Shown: piece after piece, positions 20,186-30,312 of the stretch
How the letters are laid out: every line of letters begins with the position of its first letter
Position numbering within the stretch: position 1 is the stretch's first letter
Assembly (NCBI GenBank): GCA_964639885.1
Contig: CAZXEH010000001.1
Coordinates: forward strand, 151,205-215,204
Source: an uncultured Caldisericales bacterium
Lineage (GTDB): Bacteria > Caldisericota > Caldisericia > JAAYUI01
DNA length: 64,000 bases
Direction: 5' to 3'
The notes under the pieces: generated by a model
Databases searched by the model: none
Told to the model about the DNA's origin: nothing
The model's input: only the letters and a program-made list of their open reading frames with translations
Position numbers and translations under genes: made by a program

Positions 20186-20687
20186 CCAACCCCTCGGTAT
20201 TGAAATAGTGTTTTATTTCTTTCATTTCAGTTACAAGATCGGCTGCATCGATGAGCTCCGGTGCAGCGTACCTGCCAGTGAAAACCAGCTCTGTTTTTGC
20301 ATTTCTGACAGCAACAGTCTGAAGAACATCGGTCAGTTCAAGGAGTCCGAACTTGAGAGCAACGTTTATCTCGTCGGCAATGACCATGTCCCAATCACCG
20401 GAAATGACGGCTTCATGAAGTTCATCCAGCCCTTTTCTGGCGATGTCGAAGTCTGCCTGTGTGGGTTTTGTTGGATTGATGAAGCCGGGTCTGCCAAACT
20501 GCATGATTGTTATACCAAGTTTCTTTGCACTGATTATCTCCCCGTACTCCAACGATCCCTTCATGAACTGGATGATCAGAACCTTCATCCCCTGTCCGGC
20601 ACAACGCATGGCCAATCCGAAGGAAGCAGTGGATTTTCCCTTGCCATTTCCAGTATAAATCTGAAATTTGCCGTTGTTCACGTTCAA
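20160..20687 (-). CDS. cobO: ATP:cob(I)alamin adenosyltransferase (CobA/CobO/BtuR family); probable TTG start
   Basis: YTGNGKGKSTASFG P-loop typical of CobA. Confidence 0.85.
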   Translation of the reverse strand: MNVNNGKFQIYTGNGKGKSTASFGLAMRCAGQGMKVLIIQFMKGSLEYGEIISAKKLGITIMQFGRPGFINPTKPTQADFDIARKGLDELHEAVISGDWDMVIADEINVALKFGLLELTDVLQTVAVRNAKTELVFTGRYAAPELIDAADLVTEMKEIKHYFNTEGLDARQGVEF

Positions 20688-20718
20688 ATAATAAATGTGG
20701 CAATGGCAATGTCAACTG

Positions 20719-20746
20719 TTGATTAGATTTAGACCGGTAATATAAT
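20719..20746 (+). promoter_or_regulatory. Sigma70-like promoter TTGATT-16-TATAAT placed 6 nt before the ATG at 20753 (leaderless transcript)
   Basis: Hexamers at 20719-20724 and 20741-20746. No SD sequence. Confidence 0.5.
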
Positions 20747-20752
20747 GTTGGC

Positions 20753-21160
20753 ATGCCGGGCAAAGGATACAAGGTCAGAAGAGCAATTCTAAGGATTATG
20801 CTTTTTCTTTGCTTTTTAGTGGTTTTTTACTTTCTTGTCAGGCCATTGGCCGTTATTGATCACAAAATTGCCGGACTTCTGGAGGAAAATGTCAGGTTAA
20901 AGGCTGAAAAGAAACGTATCGAGGCAGACCTGTCGAAACTGGATACTGAAATTGAAAAAGGAAAAACACTTGCAGGTTTTGAGCTAAAGGCAAGAGAACG
21001 CCTGCAGATGGTTTATGAAGGTGAACAGATCTATATTTGCAAAGACCCAAATGGCATGGACCTCAAACCCGATAACGAAATCAACCTGATCCAGACTGAC
21101 ATAAAGGAAAAATCAGTTTTTGCGAAGGTCTGGGATATGATCCTCAGCATCTTCAGATGA
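20753..21160 (+). CDS. FtsB/DivIC-like septum-formation initiator family protein
   Basis: N-terminal TM anchor followed by a coiled-coil (ENVRLKAEKKRIEADLSKLDTEIEKG). Confidence 0.55.
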   Translation: MPGKGYKVRRAILRIMLFLCFLVVFYFLVRPLAVIDHKIAGLLEENVRLKAEKKRIEADLSKLDTEIEKGKTLAGFELKARERLQMVYEGEQIYICKDPNGMDLKPDNEINLIQTDIKEKSVFAKVWDMILSIFR

Positions 21161-21280
21161 TAGCAGACTGTTAATTATAGAGTAGATAAATAAATTCATG
21201 TTTTTACTACGGCCTCGTTCATTAAATCGTTTATGTTGAAACTTTGGGGAATTGGTGTAAACTTCTGAAAACTTCAAGAC

Positions 21281-21353
21281 GGCGAGGTAGCTCAGTGGTC
21301 AGAGCACGCGGCTCATACCCGCGGTGTCGTGGGTTCAAATCCCTCCCTCGCCA
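21281..21353 (+). tRNA. tRNA with anticodon CAT (elongator Met or lysidine-Ile type). CCA is not encoded.
   Basis: Cloverleaf: acceptor GGCGAGG/CCTCGCC, D-arm GCTC-AGTGGTC-AGAGC, anticodon arm CGCGG-CTCATAC-CCGCG, T-loop TTCAAAT. The G1-C72 pair argues against an initiator tRNA. Confidence 0.85.
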
Positions 21354-21567
21354 TTTTTATTTGGTCTCATCAACAATTATTCAAATCAACATTTAACCAT
21401 ATAGTCAGCTAATTTACACGAATATTTTCCGAAAATTTCACGTGATGTTTAAAAATGTAAAGTCGTTATAAGAAATGAAAACTAACAGAAAATATGAATA
21501 TTATTATATTAATTTGAATATTAAAAAATGCTATTGAAAAAGAAAATTATTATGCAAAAATATTAGT

Positions 21568-21948
21568 ATGAGCAGACAGGTATCGACACTAGGCGACTTT
21601 TTAAACCAGAGAAGGCTTTCCAAGAAAGTGACATTTTCACAGCTTGCAAAAGCCTGCAAGATGGCGACCCCGACCATCTGGAAGGTGATCAAGGACAGGG
21701 CAAAACCAAAAGATTTGACCCTCCAGGCCCTTTCCGAAGCCCTCGATGTCTCCGTCTCAGAGCTGTTCGAAATGAGGGACAAGACCCCTTATAAGACAAG
21801 CAAAAGGCGTCCAGGCAGACCACCCAAAATGAGGGAGGCTGTAACTGAAACGCAGATTGATAAGGGGAAGCTTATCGAAACCATCAAGAATTCGAAGCTT
21901 TCAGACCAGACGATCGAAGCGTTGTATTATCTTGTTTCAACTCTCTGA
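21568..21948 (+). CDS. XRE/Cro-C1-type helix-turn-helix DNA-binding protein
   Basis: The HTH region LGDFLNQRRLSKKVTFSQLAKACKMATPTIWKVIKD is preceded by a ~200-bp AT-rich region. Confidence 0.55.
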   Translation: MSRQVSTLGDFLNQRRLSKKVTFSQLAKACKMATPTIWKVIKDRAKPKDLTLQALSEALDVSVSELFEMRDKTPYKTSKRRPGRPPKMREAVTETQIDKGKLIETIKNSKLSDQTIEALYYLVSTL

Positions 21949-22037
21949 TTCAGAGCGTTGTTCAGGATAAGTTGTTTAAATCTTAAGGTACCCTTTTGGA
22001 GAGGTGATCTTTCAATGATCATTTCTCCTTTTTAAAT

Positions 22038-25000
22038 TTATTGGAGATTATTCTGAATCTCCTGGTCAAGTTTTTCCAGATTATTTCTTAACTCAACCAA
22101 ATCAATAAATGATGCTGTTTTGTCTTGTCTCCTTAGTGTTCCCTCCAGCTTGACGATCGATTTGTGAAGGTCTTCAACATATGCCATTCCTTTGATTGTG
22201 TGTGTTATCTTCAAGGCTTGTGTGAATTCTCCAGTATTGATGAGCTCTTCCAGGTCTCCAAGCGACTTGATGCTTGTTTGAACAAAGTTGCCAAGGAATT
22301 CTCTGAGCTTTTCAGGATCGATGAGCAGACGTTCAGCAAGCTTTTCAATGACACCCTTCTGGCTGTCAAGATGTGATTTGTAGATCGCTTTTGAAAGTGC
22401 TGTCAGAAGATCGCCCATTTTGAACGGTTTTGCCACGAAGTCGTCCATGCCGGCGTTTAGACACCGTTCCCTGTCTTCCTTTGTAGCATAGGCTGTCAGA
22501 GCGATGATTGGAAGCCTCGTCCGAGTCGAGGTTTCTTCGAAATATCTCATCTGCATGGTGGCATCAAGTCCAGAGAGGTCTGGCATCTGCACGTCCATCA
22601 GACAGGCATCAAGCTCACCCTGTTTCATGATGTCGACAGCTTCGATTCCGCTTGTTGAAACCAGAACCTGGCAGCCCATTCTCACCAAAATATCTCGCAA
22701 AAGCACTATATTGAGCTGATTGTCCTCAACAATCAGTACTTTTTTGCCAGCCAGGTTCAGGAATGCCAACTCTGGTTCCTCAGGGAAGAGTTTTGAAATC
22801 GCAGTGATTATTGTGTTTCGCTCAAGAGGCCTCTTGACTCCTGCAATCTTTTGCCCTTCAGTTTCTGTCCCGACTACTATGACCGGTATCTGGTCAGACA
22901 ATTCTTTGTGCTTGCATTCCTCAAACAATTCCGCTTCGGTGACGATCAATTTCAGGAACTTGATGTTTTCAGGTAAACTGTCAGCTATGTGAATGTTCAA
23001 GGTGGTATGAAACAGAACTGATTTGACAATTTCGACTTCTTCAGGATTCTTCAGACAGACGACAACATCTTTGGATTTTGCGATTCTGATTGACTGACTC
23101 ATGACTCGTTCGAGATCAAAGACTATCCTGAACAGCGTTCCAGGATTTTTTTTGTCGATTATCCTTATTGAACCATTCATTTTTTCGATCAGACCCCTGA
23201 CGATCGCCAGACCGAGACCGGTTCCGCCAAACTTCCTTGTGGCCGAACTGTCAACTTGCATGAATGGCTCGAAGACAGTGTCCCTCATTTCTGGTGGAAT
23301 TCCAATGCCGGTGTCATCGACATCTATTGTCACTGAATCGTGCGATCCCTCTCCCCTTTGGATTTTGAGGGTTACGGTTATTACACCATTTTTTGTGAAT
23401 TTTACGGCGTTGCCAAGCAGATTGATCATGATCTGCTTGAATCTGTCAGGATCAATCATGTAAACGGAAGGTTCGTTTGAGAAGTTGAAAACAATTGTGT
23501 TTTGAAGCTCCTGGCTGTGTGGTTCGGTCAGCAGGATGCTGTCCCTGATCAGGTTTGCGATGTCTTGTGCTGACTGATCAATGACAATTTTACCGGCTTC
23601 AATTTTTGAAATATCTAGCAGGCTTGCCGTCATAGAGTTCAAAGCCTGGGCTGCTGTTTCAATTGCACTTATGTACTGCCTTTGTTTTTCGTCCTTTACA
23701 TCTCCAGAAAGCAGCTGGACGAATCCGAGCAACGCGTTGAGAGGGGTTCTGATCTCGTGGGACATGTTTGCCAGGAATTCAGACTTGGCCGATGATGCAG
23801 ATTGAGCCTGACTGATTGCCTGCTTCAGTTCAAACTCGACCATCTTTGTGATGGTGATGTCTTCAAAGATCAGCTGAATTCTGTGAATTGCACCGTTCTC
23901 ATCGTGGAACGGTGTGGCATAGACGACAACATAAATCTGGGACTCGTTTATATTTACCTGCCGTTCAGAAATAAGAGTCTCGTTCTCAGATATACACTTT
24001 GAAATGTCCTCGGTTATCTCCGATTTTGAGAACAATTGATTGGCGAGCATGTTCAGACCGATGATATCGTCGCTTTCCTCAAAGCCAAACATCTGTAGAA
24101 AAGCTTTGTTTGCACTGACAACCTTGCCGTCACGTTCAATGAACAGTGTGCCCAGGGGTGAGTTTTCCACCAACAATCTGTATCTTTCCTCCGACTCCAT
24201 GATTGCCTTGTTGGCAAGCTTGAGTGGCGTAATGTCCTGGAGTGAGGCAAAAGCGCAGTCTTTCCCGGAGAATTTTATTGTCTTGAACGAATAGAGTATG
24301 TCAATGGCAGGGTCTTTTTTGGGGGTGTATGTAGCGATCCTGTCCCTGATCACTCCATATTCCTTCAAATCAGAGATGAGAATTGAATAGCTTGTGTCAT
24401 CAAAAAGACCGATCGACTGAACCGAGGCGTTAGGCAAATTCTCAGCACCAAGGCCCAGCATCTTGTCCAGCTGGTCGTTGGAAAGGATGATTTTTCCTGT
24501 TGAAAGCTCGAAGATCGCTGAAGGGTATGTGGAGTTTACTACGACGTTTTTGAAACGTTCATCTGATTCCGAAAGTTCCCTTCTGATGTTTGAGAGCTCG
24601 GTGACATCGGTGAACTGGACGATATGCGCGTCGTCACCGCCAAGTTTGATGCGGCTTGAGCTTACAACTATGTTTCTTGGCAATCCCTTCAGATCTTTTA
24701 TCACAATTTCGGTATTGGAAGTGTTGCCGTTTCTTGAGATGATATCGAAGAGTTCTGTGAGTTCATGGTTGTTTCTGAATAGTGTCAGAGATTTGTATGG
24801 CTCGCCAACCAGATTTTCACCGGTCAAACCTGAGAGTTTCACAAACTCATTGTTGCAGTCGGCGATACGCTCGAATTCTTTATCAACAATAACGATTCCT
24901 TGAGGAGACATGTTGAATATCGTGTGGAACTTGTTCTTTGTTCCTTCGAGCAGCCTTTCGGATGTCCTGAATGTTGTTATGTCCTGGAAAACAAAGATCA

Positions 25001-26984
25001 GTTGTCTGTTTTCTGTAATTGATATTCTTGATGTAAAAGTTTTTTTTATTCCGCTGAGTTCAGCGTCAAATTCGAATGACTGGCATTTACCGCTGGTTTT
25101 GACATGGTCGACAGCCTCCCGGGTCTGTTTCTTTATTGTCTCCGGAAGGAAAATGGTGAGGCTTTTGCCGCAAAGCTCCTTTTGGTCAACTTTTGAGGTA
25201 AGGGCTAACCCGTTCTCAGCGTCTATGATGATTCCGTCAAGATCGGTGATGATAATATACTCCGGCAGGGAACGGATGATGGCACGGCTCAGCTCCTCAC
25301 TGATTCTGAGCTTCTGCTGGGCATGTTTCATTTCAGAAACATCCTGTGCTGTTGTTATTGCTAGTCTTTCGTTACGGGCGAAAACGGCTTCACCAGAGAG
25401 GAGAACATCCTTGTTTTCGCCTGTCTTGGTTACGATAGTTGTTTCGAAACCGATAATCCTCCCGTTTCTGATGATCTTGTCAATAAATTCCTTTCTGTTC
25501 TCAGGGTTTTCATAAAGCTCGATTTCTGTTGAGCTTTTCCCGATGACCTCATCTGCCCTCCAGCCGGTCAGAAGCGTGAACCCATTGCTTGTTTCGAGGA
25601 ATTCTCCGGTTTTCAGGGAAATGACAGCCATCGAAATTGGTGATTCTTTTATGAAAAGCTTGTAGTTTTCGATGTCATTTTCGACCTTGTCACGAGTTTC
25701 GTTGCCAATTGCTGTGCCAACAGCCATTTCACCAAAGATCGAAAGTTGTCTGAGCTGGGTTTGGGTCAGGTTTATCTCTTTTTTTGCACTCTCGCAGCTT
25801 ATAAAGCCCCAGAATGTGCCCTTTGTGAAAACCGGTGAAAGGTATGCAAAACGCAGACCTGTTTCAAAAAGACCCTCAAAAAAGCCGTTTATGGTTGAAC
25901 CGTTTTTGATTCCAGGAATGACAAGCCTGAACGGGCTATTGTTGTAGTCAAACATCTGGTTGTCGGGGTCTGTAAGCCATTGCCTGAAAACAACAAGCTC
26001 TTCAACAAGTCCGTCGGAATCACACCTGACCTCGACAAGGCTTAACCTGTCGGCTTTTATGAAATTTCCGATGTCCGAGAGTGCCATGTCGATGCCTTCA
26101 AGCACCATTGGCTCTATGCTTATCCTGTGGATTCCGGAGAGGACTTTGTGGGCAAACGTCGCCTGTCTGGCCTCTTCCCTTGCTTTCTCGGCTGAGATGG
26201 CGCTTTCAGGCTGAAAAATGTGATGGTAGAGAACAGTTTGACCGGCTGTGAACTTGTCTGAGGAAAACACTATGTTTGTTGGCTGTGCACCTTCCGGTTG
26301 GAAAGCAAAAGATTCAGTTATTGGTCCTGATGATTTTTCGAGCATCTCCAGATGAGCGGCAACTGTGGATTTTACATTTGCCAGAAAATCGAGGTCAGCA
26401 AGTTTCTTGCCTGATTGCAGCCCTGAATTCGTGCCGATTATTTCGTCGAACTCCTCGTTTGACTCAATTATTGTGCCATCCTTGTCGGTGATGATGACTC
26501 CGGCGATGGCGCTTTTCTTTGGTTTAATCAGAAGAGTTGTGGGTTTTCTTACACGCCTGAGAATCATCTCAAGCATCGAGGAAATCATGCTCGAGCAGCA
26601 TTCCAGCTGATAAAGCGCCTTGTCGGTGAAATCATGCCTTTTTCTGTCAGGAAAAACAAAGGCGCCGGCAAGATTCATGCCCATCACAACCGGTACGATC
26701 ACCAGGCTTTTATAGCCAATTCTCGCAATCTCCCCCCAAGGGGCAGGGAGAGTGTCATTGATTACAAGAACATTCTTTGGAAGTGTTTTCAAAACTATTG
26801 ATTCTATTGCTTTGAGCTGACGTTCAGGGATGTTGCCCAAAACTTCCGGCAATTCAGTTGAGCGCGACATGAAGCCTGCTAGGGGAAACGTAAAAAAATC
26901 GTTAAGCAGCTTTATGGTTTCTTTGATATAGTCAGTAGTTTTAAAATCCTTGTCAAGTTGAGCCAGAGCTTTGACTATATCCAA
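22038..26984 (-). CDS. Cytoplasmic hybrid sensor histidine kinase (GAF + multiple PAS + HisKA + HATPase_c + receiver + Hpt), 1648 aa
   Basis: H-box MSHEIRTPLNALLGF. G-box GGTGLGLAIVRGL. Receiver KVLIVEDNQLN...LMDVQMPDLSGLDAT. Hpt motif HTIKGMAYVEDL. No TM segments. Confidence 0.88.
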   Translation of the reverse strand: MDIVKALAQLDKDFKTTDYIKETIKLLNDFFTFPLAGFMSRSTELPEVLGNIPERQLKAIESIVLKTLPKNVLVINDTLPAPWGEIARIGYKSLVIVPVVMGMNLAGAFVFPDRKRHDFTDKALYQLECCSSMISSMLEMILRRVRKPTTLLIKPKKSAIAGVIITDKDGTIIESNEEFDEIIGTNSGLQSGKKLADLDFLANVKSTVAAHLEMLEKSSGPITESFAFQPEGAQPTNIVFSSDKFTAGQTVLYHHIFQPESAISAEKAREEARQATFAHKVLSGIHRISIEPMVLEGIDMALSDIGNFIKADRLSLVEVRCDSDGLVEELVVFRQWLTDPDNQMFDYNNSPFRLVIPGIKNGSTINGFFEGLFETGLRFAYLSPVFTKGTFWGFISCESAKKEINLTQTQLRQLSIFGEMAVGTAIGNETRDKVENDIENYKLFIKESPISMAVISLKTGEFLETSNGFTLLTGWRADEVIGKSSTEIELYENPENRKEFIDKIIRNGRIIGFETTIVTKTGENKDVLLSGEAVFARNERLAITTAQDVSEMKHAQQKLRISEELSRAIIRSLPEYIIITDLDGIIIDAENGLALTSKVDQKELCGKSLTIFLPETIKKQTREAVDHVKTSGKCQSFEFDAELSGIKKTFTSRISITENRQLIFVFQDITTFRTSERLLEGTKNKFHTIFNMSPQGIVIVDKEFERIADCNNEFVKLSGLTGENLVGEPYKSLTLFRNNHELTELFDIISRNGNTSNTEIVIKDLKGLPRNIVVSSSRIKLGGDDAHIVQFTDVTELSNIRRELSESDERFKNVVVNSTYPSAIFELSTGKIILSNDQLDKMLGLGAENLPNASVQSIGLFDDTSYSILISDLKEYGVIRDRIATYTPKKDPAIDILYSFKTIKFSGKDCAFASLQDITPLKLANKAIMESEERYRLLVENSPLGTLFIERDGKVVSANKAFLQMFGFEESDDIIGLNMLANQLFSKSEITEDISKCISENETLISERQVNINESQIYVVVYATPFHDENGAIHRIQLIFEDITITKMVEFELKQAISQAQSASSAKSEFLANMSHEIRTPLNALLGFVQLLSGDVKDEKQRQYISAIETAAQALNSMTASLLDISKIEAGKIVIDQSAQDIANLIRDSILLTEPHSQELQNTIVFNFSNEPSVYMIDPDRFKQIMINLLGNAVKFTKNGVITVTLKIQRGEGSHDSVTIDVDDTGIGIPPEMRDTVFEPFMQVDSSATRKFGGTGLGLAIVRGLIEKMNGSIRIIDKKNPGTLFRIVFDLERVMSQSIRIAKSKDVVVCLKNPEEVEIVKSVLFHTTLNIHIADSLPENIKFLKLIVTEAELFEECKHKELSDQIPVIVVGTETEGQKIAGVKRPLERNTIITAISKLFPEEPELAFLNLAGKKVLIVEDNQLNIVLLRDILVRMGCQVLVSTSGIEAVDIMKQGELDACLMDVQMPDLSGLDATMQMRYFEETSTRTRLPIIALTAYATKEDRERCLNAGMDDFVAKPFKMGDLLTALSKAIYKSHLDSQKGVIEKLAERLLIDPEKLREFLGNFVQTSIKSLGDLEELINTGEFTQALKITHTIKGMAYVEDLHKSIVKLEGTLRRQDKTASFIDLVELRNNLEKLDQEIQNNLQ

Positions 26985-26992
26985 GTTCCCTC

Positions 26993-29488
26993 CTAATATT
27001 TCGTGCCTGTTACAAAAATAATCTTTGCCTGTTTTGTCGTTGCATCCCAGTTGACAGACGCACCAAGGAGTGTTGAGGCATCACGGAGAGGAATCAGCGT
27101 CCTACCTGAAACGATAACCGGTGAGCTGCTCATGTCAATATCCTTGCTGTCAACTACTGCCTTGCTGGAGCCAACGACCAGCTTGACGGAGTGATTTAGA
27201 ACCTCGCACGTTACAGTCTTTGTTGCTTGTTCCCATGAGACAGTTCCCAAAAGTGGTTCGATGAGATATTTTGCCGGAATGAAGGTTCTACCGGAAATTA
27301 CAGTCGGTTCGACAGTCATTAGCTGTTCTTTTCTGTCAAAGGTGAATTTCTTTGAGCCAAGAGTGAAAATTGTCGAGTGAGTGTTTTGAATGGGTTCAAC
27401 TTTTTTTCCGCCCAAAACCCAGTCCAGATATTGCATTCCTCTGTTCCAGAACTCGTCCTGCCATTTTGGCGTGCAGTACATGAGTGTGTTTCTTGAGTTG
27501 GCTCTTGTCGGGATATGAGAGAGGAAGCTGCCGGTTTTTGCAGTGTCCCTGGATAAAAGTTCGAGCAAGCCCCAGTCGTACAGACCCAGCCTCAGACACT
27601 CCCACCTGATTGATGGCGTGAGGGTGTAGGACTCGTCGGGATAAATCATTGTCAAATCGCCTGGAGTGTAGGAACCGTCGCCAAGCCTCTGGTCAAAATC
27701 ATCATAAGGATTTCCATAAACCGACTGATAGTCGGAGATTGCCAGAATTGCAGGTTTTCTCTGCTGGTTGAAGATGCCGGCAATGGTTTTGGCGAAACCA
27801 TGACCACCCCAGTGAGGGCGTGGTTCCCAGGAGAGCATGGGCGCATCTGTGGCAGTATACTTCCAGTCAAAATCGCCAAAGTCAAAAATCTGCCTGGTAA
27901 CAGGGCTGTGATCTCCAATTTCCTTGAATGTTGCTGCCGTGTCCGGCTTTCCAACCGCCTTGTTCAGGAGGTCGAGCAGATTCAGCTGGAGTACATCAAA
28001 TTCGCCAATATCCCTACCTATGAAATATACTGGTGTGAAGCCGTTTTCTGCGAGTATTCCGCTTGTGTCGTTAATTGACTTGAGAAATTCTGCATCACCT
28101 TTTTTTGCATCAAGCATGCAATACATCCATGCCTTGCTGATGTCGACGTAAATTTCTTTTATTCCTGCTTTAGCTGCTATACCAACAAGCTTTGTAAAGT
28201 TCGGTGCATCCACGATGTAGCTGGGTCTGTCAATGCAAAACAGTGGCAGACAGATGCTTTTTATACCATGATCGACAATGTCTGCAAAATCCTTCTCGTA
28301 CCTGCCCCAGGCTTGCTCCATGTCCTTTTTGCCTGATTTGGCTTCAAGAAAATGGTTTCTGGAGTGGAAGATCATTAGATTTTCAGGTTTTGGCAGCGAC
28401 ACATCTTTCACGTCAATGCTCAGTTTTATCTCGTAATCGCTGCTGTTGTCGGTTCGGATTCGAAGAGTGGTTGTGTATTTTCCCGGTTTGGCATCGTCAG
28501 GAACGATTGTGTCGATCCAGAAAAACTCTGTTTTACCCATTGTTATGACTGTTGTATTGCCTGGCTTGAGGCATTCTGGCACTTCGGTTTTGAGGTCAAC
28601 GGATGCATCCCTGAACCAGCGCTTCTTCATGAAGCTGACGGTTGAAACGTTGGTTTTCAAAACATTGGAGCCGTTTTTCAAGGGGTTGTCGATGTTGAGC
28701 GTTACTTTGCCAAGGTCAAGGCCACCTGTGATTGCAAGCACAAACGGCATTCGCATCCCTTTTGTGCACACGAGATCAACATTTTTTACCAATTTGTCAA
28801 GTGGTGGAACCATCGTCCTGTCAAATTTTTCAGTGACCGGAACAATCCACGGGAGAACCTTTTCTGGATTGTCAACAGGCAGTCCCGGTCGTAATGGCCT
28901 GTTTCTGTTCTGTGGTTCGTAGGTTCCATCACCGAGGTAGATCGCATCCAGCCTCATCTTAAACGGTTTCAACGCCTCGATGAGCACAATCAGCTTGTAC
29001 GTTGTCGGTTGGGCATAACGGAGGTTTGACGGCACACTGAAGCATTCCCATCTGTATGATACATCACCATAGCCAAGCCCACGCTTGATGTAGGTGTCGG
29101 TGGGTTTTGCGTCAGGATTGCTGAAGCTGTCAAGGTTTTCGCCCATGAAAGCAAGTAATGGCCTTCTTCCGTCAACGGCTGACCACGAAATCCACAGCTG
29201 GGTGAACTTCACGCCGTAATCGTCCCTGAAAGTGAATTCCACAGGCAGATAGCGGTTGTCATAAAGCTTGTAGCTGTCCCTGTCCGGGTCAAATTCGATG
29301 TTCAGGTACGATGAGTCAGAGGCTTCCTTGTCATAGCCGGAAGTGTAGGCTCCGTAAAGCTTTTGAAGACCTATCCAGCTGAACTCGTTGTCTTCAAGCC
29401 AGATGCCATGCCTGTCCAGAAAGTTCTGAAAACCTGAGATAGGAGCGATAAACATCAGTAACGTCAGTAAAAAAGCCAATTTTTTCAT
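26993..29488 (-). CDS. Secreted 831-aa protein with C-terminal copper-amine-oxidase-N-terminal-like (stalk) repeats; N-terminal catalytic-like domain of unknown family
   Basis: Signal peptide MKKLAFLLTLLMFIAPISG. Two C-terminal repeats of the VSGRTxIP...VxWxxxTKxxxI type. Confidence 0.55.
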   Translation of the reverse strand: MKKLAFLLTLLMFIAPISGFQNFLDRHGIWLEDNEFSWIGLQKLYGAYTSGYDKEASDSSYLNIEFDPDRDSYKLYDNRYLPVEFTFRDDYGVKFTQLWISWSAVDGRRPLLAFMGENLDSFSNPDAKPTDTYIKRGLGYGDVSYRWECFSVPSNLRYAQPTTYKLIVLIEALKPFKMRLDAIYLGDGTYEPQNRNRPLRPGLPVDNPEKVLPWIVPVTEKFDRTMVPPLDKLVKNVDLVCTKGMRMPFVLAITGGLDLGKVTLNIDNPLKNGSNVLKTNVSTVSFMKKRWFRDASVDLKTEVPECLKPGNTTVITMGKTEFFWIDTIVPDDAKPGKYTTTLRIRTDNSSDYEIKLSIDVKDVSLPKPENLMIFHSRNHFLEAKSGKKDMEQAWGRYEKDFADIVDHGIKSICLPLFCIDRPSYIVDAPNFTKLVGIAAKAGIKEIYVDISKAWMYCMLDAKKGDAEFLKSINDTSGILAENGFTPVYFIGRDIGEFDVLQLNLLDLLNKAVGKPDTAATFKEIGDHSPVTRQIFDFGDFDWKYTATDAPMLSWEPRPHWGGHGFAKTIAGIFNQQRKPAILAISDYQSVYGNPYDDFDQRLGDGSYTPGDLTMIYPDESYTLTPSIRWECLRLGLYDWGLLELLSRDTAKTGSFLSHIPTRANSRNTLMYCTPKWQDEFWNRGMQYLDWVLGGKKVEPIQNTHSTIFTLGSKKFTFDRKEQLMTVEPTVISGRTFIPAKYLIEPLLGTVSWEQATKTVTCEVLNHSVKLVVGSSKAVVDSKDIDMSSSPVIVSGRTLIPLRDASTLLGASVNWDATTKQAKIIFVTGTKY

Positions 29489-30273
29489 TGTTTCAACCTG
29501 CCAAAAAGAATCATTCTGGGCACCTCAAGGCCATAAGCCTTGCCGTCCCAGTCTCCATAAACCTGGTTAAATTCGATCCCAACCGATTTTCCCATCACCA
29601 ACATCTCAGTTAGGGTAAACAGCCTTATTTCACGGTTATAGGTGGTTCTGGTGCCATCAGGGTGAACGAATGTCCGGTGGCATCTGTTGACTGATGTAGC
29701 GGGGTCAAAATGGTTACGCTCAAGGATGAGGAAGCCCTCCTTGTCCTTGTACCGGTCAACGATGAAGTGCCTGATTATGTATTCCCGGTTTTCTATGTCG
29801 ATGACAACCTGGCCGTTCGGTTTCAAGGATCTTGCAATCTGGCTCAATATTTTCGTGTTTGTTGCATCGTCGAAGTAGCCAAAACTCGTCCAAAGGCTGG
29901 TCACGAGATCAAACTTTGCTGTTTCGCTGAATTTTCTGGAATCCTGGCATACAAAGCTTGCGTTTTCAAGGTTCGCTTGCTCTGCAGTTTCTCTGGCTTT
30001 CAAGATGTAAGTTTCGTTGAAGTCGTAGCCGGTTGCCTCAAAACCTCTTCTGGCGAACTCAAGCATGTGTCTTCCCAGCCCGCAGCCAAGATCGGCAACG
30101 ACAGAACCTTTTTCAAGCCCGGTTTTCCCAATGATTAAAGACACCTGTTCAGACGTGCGTTTTTCGTCCAGATTCTCAAGGAAAAATCTGGCATAAAGAT
30201 CATCAAAGTATTTTGCAGTCCAATCCATGCTGATATAGTTGTACCAATATCTGTTGTTTATTTCAACTTCCAT
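29485..30273 (-). CDS. Class I SAM-dependent methyltransferase
   Basis: Motif I VVADLGCGLGRHMLEFARRG. The ORF track extends to a GTG at 30312. The first ATG is at 30273. Confidence 0.8.
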   Translation of the reverse strand: MEVEINNRYWYNYISMDWTAKYFDDLYARFFLENLDEKRTSEQVSLIIGKTGLEKGSVVADLGCGLGRHMLEFARRGFEATGYDFNETYILKARETAEQANLENASFVCQDSRKFSETAKFDLVTSLWTSFGYFDDATNTKILSQIARSLKPNGQVVIDIENREYIIRHFIVDRYKDKEGFLILERNHFDPATSVNRCHRTFVHPDGTRTTYNREIRLFTLTEMLVMGKSVGIEFNQVYGDWDGKAYGLEVPRMILFGRLKQ

Positions 30274-30276
30274 GCT

Positions 30277-30305
30277 TTGCAAAAACAAAGGTTTGATGCT
30301 ATCAT
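30277..30305 (+). promoter_or_regulatory. Sigma70-like promoter TTGCAA-17-TATCAT placed 7 nt before the dnaB ATG at 30313 (leaderless candidate)
   Basis: Hexamers at 30277-30282 and 30300-30305. No SD. Confidence 0.45.
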
Positions 30306-30312
30306 CTGTCAC

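Noticed and set aside
21354-21567. Possible CRISPR or mobile-element remnant in the AT-rich region after the tRNA
   Set aside because: No direct repeats of CRISPR size, no IS-like inverted repeats and no integrase ORF are visible. It is treated only as an island boundary or regulatory region.
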